From the NCBI GenBank assembly GCA_963804165.1, contig CAWDPO010000017.1, positions 394,178 through 458,177 on the forward strand: DNA of 64,000 nt. The letters are read 5' to 3'. Every line of letters begins with the position of its first letter. Position 1 is the first letter of the stretch. Under the pieces are notes generated by a model. It was not told the origin of the DNA. It was given only the letters and a program-made list of their open reading frames with translations, and ran no database searches. The DNA comes from an uncultured delta proteobacterium (lineage in GTDB: Bacteria > Desulfobacterota > Binatia > UBA9968). The position numbers and the translations under genes were made by a program. Shown here piece by piece: positions 51,880-62,771 of this stretch.

Positions 51880-53259
51880 ATGATGAAGATCTCCGCCAAC
51901 GTGCTCGAAGCCGTCGGTAACACTCCGCTCGTCCGCCTCAACCATATTACCGCGGGAATTTCTGCGACGGTCTGCGTGAAACTCGAGGCGTCCAATCCGG
52001 GACGGAGCGTCAAGGACAGAATCGCGCTTGCGGTGGTCGAGGATGCGGAGAGGAAGGGATTGCTCAAGCCGGGAGGCACGATCGTCGAGCCCACTTCGGG
52101 AAACATGGGAGTGGCGCTGGCGATTGTCGCCGCGGTCAAGGGTTACAAGTGTATCTTTACGATCCCGGACAAAATGAGCATCGAAAAGATTCGCCGCCTG
52201 CGCGCTTTTGGCGCGGAGGTCGTCGTGACTCCCACGGCGGTGCCGCCGGAATCCTCCCAGTCCTACTATTCGGTTGCCAGACGTCTTGCCGAGGAGATCC
52301 CGGGCGCCTATATGCCCATGCAGTACGATAACCTCGCGAACCGGGAAGCTCATTACGCGTCCACGGGTCCTGAGATCTGGCAGCAGACCGACGGCAAGAT
52401 CACTCACTTTGTCGCTGGGATTGGAACCGCGGGGACAATCTCGGGAACCGCCAAATACCTGAAAGAAAAAAATCCCCAGTGCACGGTCGTCGGAGTCGAT
52501 CCTGAGGGATCGATCCTCGCCAAGGCTTTCAAGCGCGAGCAATGGTCATGGAGCGACTCACACCCGTACAAGGTCGAAGGGATTGGCGAGGACTTTGTGC
52601 CGAAGAACCTGCTCGTCGAATACATCGACGACGTCGTAACCGTTTCCGACCGCGACTCGTTTCTGATGGGCAGACGGCTTACACGGGAGGAGGGCCTCTT
52701 CTGTGGAGGATCTTCCGGTTCAGCCGTTGCGGGCGCGCTTGAATACGCTCGCGAGCGGCAGGTCGGCAAGGACAACCTTGTCGTCGTCTTACTTCCCGAC
52801 GCGGGAGAAATCTATCTTTCGAAGATGTACTCCGATGAATGGATGAGGCAAAACCAGTTTCTTGGCAAAAGCGCCCGGGTGGGCGACATTCTCGAATCGA
52901 AGCGGCGAAAGCTTCCCGGGCTTCTGTCGGTCGAGATGACCTCCACCGTGCGCGATGCGATCACCACCATGAACCGATTCGGTGTCTCGCAACTTCCCGT
53001 ATTCGATAAAGGGAATCTCGTCGGGTCGCTATGCGAGAGCGCGCTCTTCCAAAGATCTATGGAGACTCCCGAGGTGATGGAGCTTACTATTGGATCTCTG
53101 CTCGAGCCGCCGTTTCCCACGGTCGGGCCGGACGAAGACGTCTATGAGGTCGTGCAGCTCCTCAAGTCCTCGCCGGCCGTTCTCGTCCGCGATGCGGAGA
53201 AATACCAGGGAATTGTGACACGATTCGATATCGTCGGTCACATAGGTGGACAGCCCTGA
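51880..53259 (+). CDS. cbs: Cystathionine beta-synthase with C-terminal CBS domains
   Basis: VGNTPLV, SVKDR (PLP Lys), TSGNMG, GTAGT, YKVEGIG, CBS pair. Confidence 0.9.
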   Translation: MMKISANVLEAVGNTPLVRLNHITAGISATVCVKLEASNPGRSVKDRIALAVVEDAERKGLLKPGGTIVEPTSGNMGVALAIVAAVKGYKCIFTIPDKMSIEKIRRLRAFGAEVVVTPTAVPPESSQSYYSVARRLAEEIPGAYMPMQYDNLANREAHYASTGPEIWQQTDGKITHFVAGIGTAGTISGTAKYLKEKNPQCTVVGVDPEGSILAKAFKREQWSWSDSHPYKVEGIGEDFVPKNLLVEYIDDVVTVSDRDSFLMGRRLTREEGLFCGGSSGSAVAGALEYARERQVGKDNLVVVLLPDAGEIYLSKMYSDEWMRQNQFLGKSARVGDILESKRRKLPGLLSVEMTSTVRDAITTMNRFGVSQLPVFDKGNLVGSLCESALFQRSMETPEVMELTIGSLLEPPFPTVGPDEDVYEVVQLLKSSPAVLVRDAEKYQGIVTRFDIVGHIGGQP

Positions 53260-53289
53260 TGGCACGGAAGACGGGCGGCGGGCAGCTCC

Positions 53290-54429
53290 ATGCAATTTGC
53301 CACGCGCGCCATCCACGCCGGACAAGAACCCGAAGCCGCGACCGGGGCGATCACCGTTCCGATCTATCAGACCAGCACTTTCGCTCAGAGCGCGCCGGGC
53401 GTCCACAAAGGTTACGACTACTCGAGGACCGACAATCCGACGCGCAGCGCGCTCCAGACGGCGCTCGCGAGCTTGGAGTCGGCCGAATACTGCCTCGCGT
53501 TCTCCTCCGGTATGGGCGCGGCGACCACTGCGATGTTCCTGTTCAAAAAGGGCGATCACGTGGTCTCCTCGCGCGACGTTTACGGCGGTACCTACCGGCT
53601 CTTTAGGACGGTGCTGGAAAACTTCGGGCTCACATTTTCCTTCGTGGAAACGTCCAGCGGCAGAGAAATCGAGCGCGCCATGACTCGGCGCACCCGGCTG
53701 GTCTGGATCGAGTCGCCGACCAACCCGCTTCTCCGGATCACCGACATCAGGGCGGCGGCGAAAATTGCCCATCACCACGGCGCTCTCTGTCTGGTCGACA
53801 ACACCTTCGCATCGCCGGTTTTCCAGCGGCCTCTCGAACTCGGCGCCGATCTCGTCCTTCACTCCACAACAAAATACCTGGCGGGACACGCGGACGTCGT
53901 CGGCGGAGCCATCTGTCTCAATGAATCCTCACTCTACAAGCGGCTCAAGTTCCTGCAAAATGCCGCCGGCGCGACGCCTTCTCCCTTCGACTGTTTTCTC
54001 ACGCTGCGAGGGATAAAGACTCTCGCGCTGCGCATGCGGGAGCATGAAAAGAACGCGATGCAGATCGCGCAGTTTCTGCAGGAGCATGCGCGTGTGCGAC
54101 GGGTCTACTATCCCGGGCTGGACAATCACCCGGGCCATGATGTCGCGGCTGCCCAAATGGACGGCTTCAGCGGGATCGTCTCGTTCGAGGTGAAGGGCGG
54201 GCTTGCGGAAGCGCGCCGCGTTCTGGCGCGCTTGCGCCTCTTCAAGATCGCCGAGAGTCTCGGTGGCGTCGAGTCGCTCGTCGAGTTGCCCGCAGTCATG
54301 ACCCACGCCTCGATCCCCAAACAAGAGCGCAAGAAGGCGGGACTCGATGATGGACTGATCCGTTTGTCAGTGGGAATCGAGCATGTTCAGGATCTTCTTG
54401 AAGACCTCAGGCGAGGATTGAGTGGGTAG
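53290..54429 (+). CDS. Cystathionine gamma-lyase/synthase (MccB/MetB family)
   Basis: PIYQTSTF, YSRTDNPTR, ESPTNP, HSTTKY, AESLGGVESL. Confidence 0.95.
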   Translation: MQFATRAIHAGQEPEAATGAITVPIYQTSTFAQSAPGVHKGYDYSRTDNPTRSALQTALASLESAEYCLAFSSGMGAATTAMFLFKKGDHVVSSRDVYGGTYRLFRTVLENFGLTFSFVETSSGREIERAMTRRTRLVWIESPTNPLLRITDIRAAAKIAHHHGALCLVDNTFASPVFQRPLELGADLVLHSTTKYLAGHADVVGGAICLNESSLYKRLKFLQNAAGATPSPFDCFLTLRGIKTLALRMREHEKNAMQIAQFLQEHARVRRVYYPGLDNHPGHDVAAAQMDGFSGIVSFEVKGGLAEARRVLARLRLFKIAESLGGVESLVELPAVMTHASIPKQERKKAGLDDGLIRLSVGIEHVQDLLEDLRRGLSG

Positions 54430-54659
54430 CCCGTGTGAGTGATTCAGTTGCTTATGACGTAAATCGACTCTTTCAGCGTGCGCACAACGCGCGTGGACTT
54501 CCGTGCGCCGAGTTTCCGCTTACCGAAGAGGTCTTGCAACCGAGCGAGCGAAGGGGACTTTCAACTTGGTTGAACGTGAGTTAGATAAAAAAGTGTATCT
54601 GTCGATCTGGCTTGGCAGAGTGTCGATGAGCCGGGGCCAGGTAAGTAGATAGGCCCCAT

Positions 54660-55610
54660 ATGAAAAGGGTCACCCTCTATAGCTCGAGCCGTTCGTCGGT
54701 GTCTCGCAAGACAGTGTCCGCCGGCGAGCCGTGGCGACCGGAAGATCTCCAGCAAAATCAAGCGCAGAACGTCGCCGCCGGACCGGCGCTGAATCGACGG
54801 CCGCGCTCCCGGCGGCGAAACCTCTGCGTTCGCTATGAGCGCCCGCTTTGGGTTGGTGCCGCCGTGCTGCTCGCGCTGCTCGTGGTGCTAACGCATACGT
54901 GGATCATGCCTGGGCCGCGCCAGATCACCCAAGAAGATATCAACGCCGCGGTGCTGCACACTTTCGAAACCAAAGACCTGCCTTCGCCGGCGGTGAAAGC
55001 GTACGACGCCATTCGTCCTTCGGTGGTGCGTGTGCGCCGCATGGAACCCGATAAAGCCGGTGGCTCGGACATCGAAAAGGGAGTCGGCACCGGCGTCGTG
55101 ATCGTCGCCAAAGGCATCATCTTAACAAACCTCCACGTCGTATTCGCCGCCAAGCGCGTGCAAGTTGTGTTCGCCGACGGGCTCGAATCCGAAGCAACTG
55201 TCACGGGCGTGCGTCCGGAGCATGACTTGGCGGTGCTGCAGGCGCACAAGGTTCCAGACGACCTCGTCGCGGCGACGATGCGTTCCACCGCCGATCTGAG
55301 GCTCGGCGACCGGGTTGTCGCCGTCGGTTTTCCGTTCGGCATCGGCCCATCGACAACGGCCGGAGTCGTGTCCGGGCTGCGCCGTGAGTTTCACTCGCCG
55401 GAAGGGAAACGACTGCTGACGAATCTCATCCAGTTCGACGCCGCCGCGAATCCCGGCAGCTCGGGTGGTCCGTTGGTAAACGGCCAGGGTGAAGTCGTCG
55501 GCATCGTGACGGCAATATTAAACCCGACGAGGGAGCGTTTCTTCGTCGGCATCGGCTTTGCGGTGCCGATAGAAAACGCCGCGGCAGCCGCTGGCTTGCC
55601 GCCGTTTTAA
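54660..55610 (+). CDS. Membrane-anchored trypsin-like serine protease (HtrA-like, no PDZ)
   Basis: TNLHV, DLAVL, NPGSSGGP triad; N-terminal TM helix. Confidence 0.88.
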   Translation: MKRVTLYSSSRSSVSRKTVSAGEPWRPEDLQQNQAQNVAAGPALNRRPRSRRRNLCVRYERPLWVGAAVLLALLVVLTHTWIMPGPRQITQEDINAAVLHTFETKDLPSPAVKAYDAIRPSVVRVRRMEPDKAGGSDIEKGVGTGVVIVAKGIILTNLHVVFAAKRVQVVFADGLESEATVTGVRPEHDLAVLQAHKVPDDLVAATMRSTADLRLGDRVVAVGFPFGIGPSTTAGVVSGLRREFHSPEGKRLLTNLIQFDAAANPGSSGGPLVNGQGEVVGIVTAILNPTRERFFVGIGFAVPIENAAAAAGLPPF

Positions 55611-55743
55611 GGAAAAGCTAGGGAACGACGTTGGCCGTTACGCGATGATCTCGAGCGTCGCGCCGTGTTTCCGCTGATCGTGAGTTTCGTTGAACGATAG
55701 CGAAAGATATTTCTCGGCACACTCATCGTGGGATAGAACATTT

Positions 55744-56757
55744 ATGAACAGAGAAACCAACCGTAGCGAAGTTGCGGCGCTCATGGAGCGCATTCTCTAC
55801 GAAGTAAAAAAGGTCATCGTCGGTCAGGATCATTTTCTTGAGCGCGTGCTCGTTGTGGTGCTAGCCCAAGGCCACTTGCTCGTCGAGGGCGTGCCGGGGC
55901 TCGCCAAGACGCTTACAGTCAAGACGCTGGCGCGGACGATTCGCGGCTCCTTCAGGCGTATTCAATTTACGCCAGACTTGGTGCCCGCAGATCTGGTGGG
56001 CACGCGGATTTATAATCAAAAAACCGGCGAATTTACCACATCGCTCGGACCCGTATTTACCAATCTGCTGCTCGCCGACGAGATCAACCGCGCGCCCGCG
56101 AAAGTGCAGAGCGCACTCCTCGAAGTCATGCAAGAGCGCCAGGTGACCATCGCAGGCGAAAGCCATCGCGTGCCCGACCCATTCCTGGTGATGGCCACGC
56201 AAAACCCCATCGAGACCGAAGGGACCTATCCGCTGCCCGAGGCCCAGGTGGACCGCTTCATGATGAAGGTGCTGGTCGGCTATCCGACTGAAGAGGAAGA
56301 GTTCGTCATCGTCGATCGGGTGACCGGGGTGCCGAACGATGTCAGCCCGACGGCCACGACCGATGAACTGAACGCGCTGCAGCGCGAGTGCCAGAACGTC
56401 TACGTCGATCCGTCGCTCAAGCAATATGCGGTGCGCCTCGCCACGGCAACGCGCCATCCGGACCGCTTCGGCATCCAGGAGATCGTGAAATACGTTTCCT
56501 TCGGTGCCAGTCCGCGCGCCTCGATCAACCTCATCGAGGGCGCGCGAGCACTGGCGTTGCTGCGCGGGCGCAGTTACGTCTTGCCCGACGACGTGAAAGA
56601 CTTGGTGCCCGATGTATTTCGCCATCGGCTGGTGCTCACCTATGAGGCTCTTGCCGAAGGCATCACACCAGATCATTTAATCGAAGGTATCATGCGGCAT
56701 ATCCCGGCTCCCGATAAGCCGCTGGAGACCCATGTTAAAGTTGCCGCCGGGTCGTGA
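55744..56757 (+). CDS. moxR: MoxR family AAA ATPase
   Basis: EGVPGLAKT, RIQFTPDL, LADEINRA, GTYPLPEAQ. Confidence 0.95.
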   Translation: MNRETNRSEVAALMERILYEVKKVIVGQDHFLERVLVVVLAQGHLLVEGVPGLAKTLTVKTLARTIRGSFRRIQFTPDLVPADLVGTRIYNQKTGEFTTSLGPVFTNLLLADEINRAPAKVQSALLEVMQERQVTIAGESHRVPDPFLVMATQNPIETEGTYPLPEAQVDRFMMKVLVGYPTEEEEFVIVDRVTGVPNDVSPTATTDELNALQRECQNVYVDPSLKQYAVRLATATRHPDRFGIQEIVKYVSFGASPRASINLIEGARALALLRGRSYVLPDDVKDLVPDVFRHRLVLTYEALAEGITPDHLIEGIMRHIPAPDKPLETHVKVAAGS

Positions 56758-56862
56758 GGAGGAAGCACGGAGTACTGGATTATTGGAATGCTCGGCACGA
56801 AATCACAACCCCATTGCGCCACCGCTGCGGCACGCCAATTTTTTTCTTTGAGGCGCTAACCC

Positions 56863-57828
56863 GTGAGTCTTCCTCAACAACCAAGCCGTACCGCCGGCGC
56901 CGAGCACATCCTGCGCCGCTTGGAATGGACCGTTGTCCGGCGCCTGGACGGCTTGCTGCAAGGTGATTATCGCACCTTGTTTCGCGGGTTTGGTTTGGAC
57001 CTCGCCGAGCTGCGCGAGTATCAGTATCACGATGACGTCCGTTACATCGACTGGAATGTCACCGCCCGCCTTCAGACGCCTTACGTCCGCGTCTACAATG
57101 AAGACCGAGAAGTGACGGCGTGGTTCCTGCTGGACCTCAGCCCTTCGGTGGAGTTCGGCTCCCACGAAAAAAAACGGTCGGTGTCGACAGAGTTCGTCGC
57201 CGTGCTGACGCGGCTTTTGACTCGCCACGGCAATCGTGTCGGCGCGCTTCTCTACGGAGATAGCGTCGATACCATGATTCCGGCGCGCAGCGGCAGACGC
57301 CACGTGCTGCATATTCTGCATAGAATTCTCTCGCGGCCCGAGGCTACCCGTTCGGCCGCGACAAATCTGCAAGATTTTTTCAAGACAGCTTTTAGCGTCA
57401 TACAAAGGCGATCGCTGGTTTTCGTCGTCTCCGATTTCATCAGCGCGCCCGGCTGGGTGAAGCCGCTCGCTTACCTGGCGCGGCGCCACGAAACCATCGC
57501 GGTGCGGCTCTACGATCCGTTGGAGGTTGAATTACCGGATCTCGGACTGATTACGATGCGCGATGCCGAGACCGGCGATCAGTTATTCGTTGACACGCAC
57601 AACCGCGCCTTTCGGAAACGTTTCGCGGCTTTGGCCGAGCGGCGCGAGCAGGAGTTGCGCTCCGCTTTCAGCCAGGCCGGAGTGGATGCGTTGGAGTTGT
57701 CGACAAACGACGATTTGGTCGACGCGATTCTCCGCTTCGCCGACCTGCGCAAGCGGCGCAGCCAGCTCAGCGCCGGTGGCGCGTTGCCGCGGCACTTGAG
57801 AGAAAGTCATGAAATTTCTTTGGCCTGA
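56863..57828 (+). CDS. DUF58 domain protein
   Basis: LREYQYHDDVRYIDWNVTAR, VVSDF. Confidence 0.9.
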   Translation: MSLPQQPSRTAGAEHILRRLEWTVVRRLDGLLQGDYRTLFRGFGLDLAELREYQYHDDVRYIDWNVTARLQTPYVRVYNEDREVTAWFLLDLSPSVEFGSHEKKRSVSTEFVAVLTRLLTRHGNRVGALLYGDSVDTMIPARSGRRHVLHILHRILSRPEATRSAATNLQDFFKTAFSVIQRRSLVFVVSDFISAPGWVKPLAYLARRHETIAVRLYDPLEVELPDLGLITMRDAETGDQLFVDTHNRAFRKRFAALAERREQELRSAFSQAGVDALELSTNDDLVDAILRFADLRKRRSQLSAGGALPRHLRESHEISLA

Positions 57829-58852
57829 GATGCTCTGGTTTTTATTGTTCGTGCCGGTGTCGGTGGCGGGATACTTTTATCTTCTGCGCCGCAAGCAGCA
57901 GGCGGCGCTGCGCTATGCCAGCCTGACCATGGTCCGAGAGGCCATGGGCACGGGCCAGCGAATCCGCCGACATATCCCGGCGCTATTTTTCTTGCTTGCA
58001 CTCATCGCCATGCTCGTCGCCGTCGCCCGGCCCGCCGCCGTGGTGACGCTCCCGTCCCAGCAGCAAACGATCATCCTTGCCATGGATGTCTCAGGCAGTA
58101 TGCGGGCCACTGACGTCGAGCCGAGTCGTATCGTAGCAGCTCAGGCCGCGGCGAAAGCCTTCGTCGCTGAGCAGCCTTCCAATGTACGCATCGGTGTGGT
58201 TTCCTTTGCCGGCACGGCGGCGGTCGTGCAGATGCCGACGAATAACCGTAAGGACATCATCGGGGCGATCGACCGCTTCCAGCTGCAGCGCGCCACCGCC
58301 ATAGGGAGTGGTATCATCGTCGCGCTCGCGACGATCTTTCCTGATGCCGGTATCGATGTGAGCTCTTTGCTCTATGGGCGCGACCCCTCACGCGGAGCGT
58401 CGCTCGATCAGTCCGGAAAAAAGGAAAAGAAAGAATTCAAACCGGTATCACCCGGCTCGTACACGTCCGCCGCGATCATTTTACTAACCGATGGGCAGCG
58501 GACTACGGGGCCCGATCCTCTTGATGCCGCGCGCATGGCCGCCGACCGCGGCGTGCGTATCTTCACTGTCGGCGTCGGCACAAAAGGCGGCGAGACCATT
58601 GGCTACGAAGGCTGGTCGATGCGCGTACGCCTCGACGAAGACACGCTCAAGGCGATCGCCGACATGACCCGAGGCCAGTATTTCTATGCCGGCAGCGCCA
58701 ACGATTTGAGAAAGGTCTACGACTCTCTGAACAGTAAGTTCATGTTGGAAGAGGAGGACATGGAAATCAGCTCCCTCTTTGCAGGCGGCGCCGCGATCAT
58801 CGCGCTGGTCTCCGCACTGCTCTCGCTTTTGTGGTTCAACCGGATTCTATGA
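57809..58852 (+). CDS. VWA domain protein (BatA-like)
   Basis: DVSGSM MIDAS, LLTDG; N- and C-terminal TM. Confidence 0.9.
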   Translation: MKFLWPEMLWFLLFVPVSVAGYFYLLRRKQQAALRYASLTMVREAMGTGQRIRRHIPALFFLLALIAMLVAVARPAAVVTLPSQQQTIILAMDVSGSMRATDVEPSRIVAAQAAAKAFVAEQPSNVRIGVVSFAGTAAVVQMPTNNRKDIIGAIDRFQLQRATAIGSGIIVALATIFPDAGIDVSSLLYGRDPSRGASLDQSGKKEKKEFKPVSPGSYTSAAIILLTDGQRTTGPDPLDAARMAADRGVRIFTVGVGTKGGETIGYEGWSMRVRLDEDTLKAIADMTRGQYFYAGSANDLRKVYDSLNSKFMLEEEDMEISSLFAGGAAIIALVSALLSLLWFNRIL

Positions 58853-59032
58853 GGCAGCGCTTCGGCAATGGCAGACCGACATTTAAACGCGGAGCAAGTG
58901 CTCGTATGCCTGCCGCCAATGCAACATCAGCCGACGCGTAAGCTCGTTCGTCCCACGGAAATTTGATTATCGGCTAAGACGCCGAGACGCGCGCCGGATT
59001 TGTGCCGCGCACGCACGTGCCAAACGTCACAT

Positions 59033-59536
59033 TCAATGCGGTACGGAATTGCCTTCGCTGAGATGGCTGAAACGAGAATATCGGTTAGGCTCGTGAGATG
59101 CACCGCGCAATTTGTAAATGTTAATGTACAGCTCGTAAATAGCAGAGCCTCGAAGCTCCTCAGCCATTCTGGAATGCTCGCTGGTTTCGTATTCGAGCGT
59201 TAGGATTGGCACGGTCGGGAGCGAAGCTGTGTTGGAAACAGTTAGTAACCGGCCTTGCTTACTGCTTATATATGTTGCGATCGCCCACAAAATATCCGCG
59301 AGACTTAGAAAGTTCTTCACCAATGAGATGTGATCGTTTCTTTGTTGCGATTCGCGCATCAGCCGCTCGATATCGGATCGTGTGTAGTGCAGCGTGACAG
59401 GCATAACAGCCGGGGGCGATTGGTAACCCCCTTCGACAACCAATATGTCAGCTTGACACTCTATGAGAAAAGTCTTGATACCGCGGAAATCTAGATCCCG
59501 GCCAATCGTACGCAAGTCTTCTAAACGAGAAAGCAT
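59033..59536 (-). CDS. Hypothetical protein
   Basis: 167 aa low-GC ORF; no recognised domain. Confidence 0.6.
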   Translation of the reverse strand: MLSRLEDLRTIGRDLDFRGIKTFLIECQADILVVEGGYQSPPAVMPVTLHYTRSDIERLMRESQQRNDHISLVKNFLSLADILWAIATYISSKQGRLLTVSNTASLPTVPILTLEYETSEHSRMAEELRGSAIYELYINIYKLRGASHEPNRYSRFSHLSEGNSVPH

Positions 59537-59808
59537 TGGTAAAATTTTTGTTGGCTCTCACCTAACGACAAACTCTAATCACTGGGAGTCCAGGTTAAGC
59601 ACAAGGGATGCCACATAGGGAAATAGTTCCGAAACGGACTGAGGCGCTAGAATCTTACAAAAAACTCAGTCCACATTGGCAAAGAAGGCGACAATACCTA
59701 TGACCACCTTGTCACAGGGGTTATGAATCTGCGAGGTGGGGGCGCCCGGCGCTGCTGATTTTGAAGTCAGTTAATGAACAATTGGGTCTTTTCATCCCAG
59801 TGCCGTCA

Positions 59809-59975
59809 CTATTCAATATCCCAGAGAGCCTCGGTGGCGTCGAGTCTCTCGTCGAGCTGCCCGCCGTGATGACCCGTGCCTCGACCCAAAGCAGAATGCA
59901 AAAAGGCATGACTGGACGACGGCTTGATCCGGTTGTCAGTCGGCATCGAGCACGTTCAGGATCTTGTTGAGGCCT
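59809..59975 (+). pseudogene. Degenerate copy of the cystathionine gamma-lyase 3' end
   Basis: LFNIPESLGGVESLVELPAVMT matches 54238-54405. Confidence 0.9.
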
Positions 59976-60208
59976 TTGACAAAGGGGGATGTTACTTAAA
60001 GCATCTGAAAATCCCTCTTTGAAAAAGAGGGGCAAGGGGAGATTTATTCAATGGACTTCTGATATACACTGGGACAAGTCAACAACGCGGATTTAGGTCA
60101 AACTTCGTGTATGCCTTTAATGTTTCGCGGATGTGGTTTGACATGACAGATCGCATTCAGATAGGCTCCGCCCAAGTTCCGACGATGTAACCAAGAGGAG
60201 GTCCAGCG

Positions 60209-61810
60209 ATGAATAGACGAAGCTGGAGGCTTTTGGTTTGCGCAATCCTTGCGCTCCTCCCCGTTTCGGCGGCGAGCGCCGCCGCGGCTCCGAAGGCGGG
60301 AGGTATCTTGAACGCCACCCTCATCGAGGCCCCACCTAGCTTTTCCATCCACGACGAAACCACGATTTCCGCAGTCTGGCCAATGATGCCGTGTTACAGC
60401 AATCTGCTGCTCTTCGATCCGCTGAAAAAGCAGGAGAGCCTGGACACGATCATTCCCGAGCTGGCCGAGAAGTGGTCGTGGCAGGACGGTGGCAAGAGCC
60501 TAGCTTTCTCCCTCCGAAAGGACGTGAAGTGGCACGATGGCCAACCCTTTACTTCCAAGGATGTCAAACACACCTTCGATACCATTCGAGAGGTCGAAGG
60601 AGTGACGGCCAAGCTCCGTGTGAACCCGCGCAAACTTTGGTACGAGAACGTGGAGTCGATCGATGCCACCGAGCCTCAGAGCGTGATCTTCCGGCTCAAG
60701 CGGCCGCAACCGTCGCTCCTCCTGATGCTGGCCTCGGGCTACGCACCGATCTATCCTGCCCAGGTGCCGTTGTCGGAGTTGCGGACCAAGTGCGTTGGCA
60801 CCGGTCCGTTCAAGCTCAAGGAGTATCGACAGGGCGAGCTGATCGAGCTAGCGAAAAATTCTGACTACTTCGTGAAAGGCCGGCCCTATCTTGACGGAAT
60901 CCGTTATACGATTATCAAGGAGCGCGGCACCAGATACTCGGCCCTTCAGACGGGACGGCAGGATATTCCGTTCATCTGGGAAGTGGCCAAAACGGCCGTG
61001 GAGACGGCGAAGCAAGCGGTACCCCAACTTGTGATGATCGAGACGAGCACAAACGTCAACGATCATATCGTCGTCAACTTCAGGAGGCCACTCTTCAAAG
61101 ATCCGAAGATTCGCACGGCTATCAGTCTCGCCGTCGATCGCAAAGGTTACGTTCAGGCCGGCAGACAAGGGGCGGCGGTGCTTGGGGGTGTGATGCTTCC
61201 GAAGCCGTACGGTGTGTGGGGATTGCCTGAAGCGGAGCAAAGGAAGCTTCCCGGATTTGGTGATCCGGCCAAGCAGAAAGCGGAGTCGAAAAAGCTCTTG
61301 GCTGAGGCTGGCTTCGGGCCGTCCAAGCCGCTCAAGATCAACGTCTCGACAAGGGCCATCCCGATCTATGTTGACATTGCCAGCTATATTATTGACCAGC
61401 TCAAGCAGGTTGGGATTGAAGCCACTCTTGAGCAAGTCGAGACCGGAGTGTGGCACCCGAAGATGACGCGGGGAGAATTTGACGTGGGCGTCAATTTGAC
61501 CGGCATCGGTCCCGACGATCCTGACGCCAACTTTTACGAGAACTTTAAATGTGGCTCTGCGCGGAATTACTCCGACTACTGCAGTAAGGAAATCGACAGC
61601 CTGATCGACAAACAGTCACAGACGACCGACCAGAAAAAGCGCCTCCAGTTGGTCAACGAGATCGACAAGCGCCTCCAACTCGATGGCGCTAGGCTTATGC
61701 TCGGATGGAGCAAAGAGTACGTAGTGATGTGGCCCTACGTTAAGAACCTCGTGCCGCACCAGTCGATTTACAACTACGGCCGCATGCAAGAGGTCTGGTT
61801 GGATAAGTAA
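60209..61810 (+). CDS. Peptide/nickel ABC substrate-binding protein (DppA/OppA family)
   Basis: PELAEKW, LRKDVKWHDG.PFTS.DV, VGTGPFK. Confidence 0.92.
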   Translation: MNRRSWRLLVCAILALLPVSAASAAAAPKAGGILNATLIEAPPSFSIHDETTISAVWPMMPCYSNLLLFDPLKKQESLDTIIPELAEKWSWQDGGKSLAFSLRKDVKWHDGQPFTSKDVKHTFDTIREVEGVTAKLRVNPRKLWYENVESIDATEPQSVIFRLKRPQPSLLLMLASGYAPIYPAQVPLSELRTKCVGTGPFKLKEYRQGELIELAKNSDYFVKGRPYLDGIRYTIIKERGTRYSALQTGRQDIPFIWEVAKTAVETAKQAVPQLVMIETSTNVNDHIVVNFRRPLFKDPKIRTAISLAVDRKGYVQAGRQGAAVLGGVMLPKPYGVWGLPEAEQRKLPGFGDPAKQKAESKKLLAEAGFGPSKPLKINVSTRAIPIYVDIASYIIDQLKQVGIEATLEQVETGVWHPKMTRGEFDVGVNLTGIGPDDPDANFYENFKCGSARNYSDYCSKEIDSLIDKQSQTTDQKKRLQLVNEIDKRLQLDGARLMLGWSKEYVVMWPYVKNLVPHQSIYNYGRMQEVWLDK

Positions 61811-61815
61811 GTAGC

Positions 61816-62771
61816 GTGCACGTCTATCTCCTCCAGCGCTTAGTCACGGCGTTCCTGACCTTGTTCGGGATGTCCGCCGTGATTTTCGTCTGCTGCGACT
61901 AGCCCCCGGAAATATCGTTGACATTCTCTTCGCAACGGCTGGGTTCGTCAATCCCGCAGCCAAGCAGGAGATCGCGCGCGAGCTCGGCCTCGACCAACCG
62001 ATCCCGATCCAGTATGGCCGTTGGCTCAAGGAGATTGCGCGGGGAGAGCTGGGAAAATCCTATCGCTACGACATCCCTGCCTGGCAGGTGATTAAGCCTC
62101 GGATCCCTGTCACCGTTGAGTTGGCCATCCTGGCGATTCTCATTGCTATTTCTCTGGGGGTACCCGTCGGTGTGTCAGCACCATCCGGCAGGATACGGTC
62201 ACGGACTACCTGTTACGGACCCTAAGCCTTGCAGGACTGTCTATGCCTTCATTCTGGCTAGGCATGGTGATCATCCTGTTCCTAGTCTCTTATTTCGGAT
62301 GGATTCCTTCGATGACCTACGTCTCGCCGTTCGAAGATTTTAAAGCCCATATCTTGCAATTCCTCTTTCCCGCTCTAGCCGTGGGCTACCGCAGTTCCGC
62401 TCTGATCATGCGCATCACCCGCTCTTCGATGCTGGATGTGCTCCGTGAAGACTACATTCGAACGGCTTGGGCTAAGGGACAGCGGGAGTGGATCGTCGTC
62501 TTCGGTCACGCACTGAGTAATGCCACTCTTCCCCGTGATCACTGTGATCGGCATTGAGTTCGCGTTTATGATCGGAGGCCTGGTAGTCACGGAAACCGTC
62601 TTCAATCTTCCTCGCGTGGCCCGTTATCTTGTCGACGCAATTCTGTGGCGCGATTATCCTGTGGTTCAAAACCTAGTCATGTTCATGGCGATTGTCGTGG
62701 TCATCGCTAACCTGACGGTAGATCTCCTTTATGGTTGGCTGGACCCACGCATCCGCTACCAGGTTAGGTGA
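61816..62771 (+). CDS. Peptide ABC permease DppB/OppB (frameshifts)
   Basis: LGLDQPI, MPSFWLG, RSSMLDVLREDYIRTA, RDYPVVQ. Confidence 0.85.

Noticed and set aside
54482-54586. attC-like site (GCACAAC...GTTAGAT) after the gamma-lyase
   Set aside because: No convincing long-range pairing between the ends.
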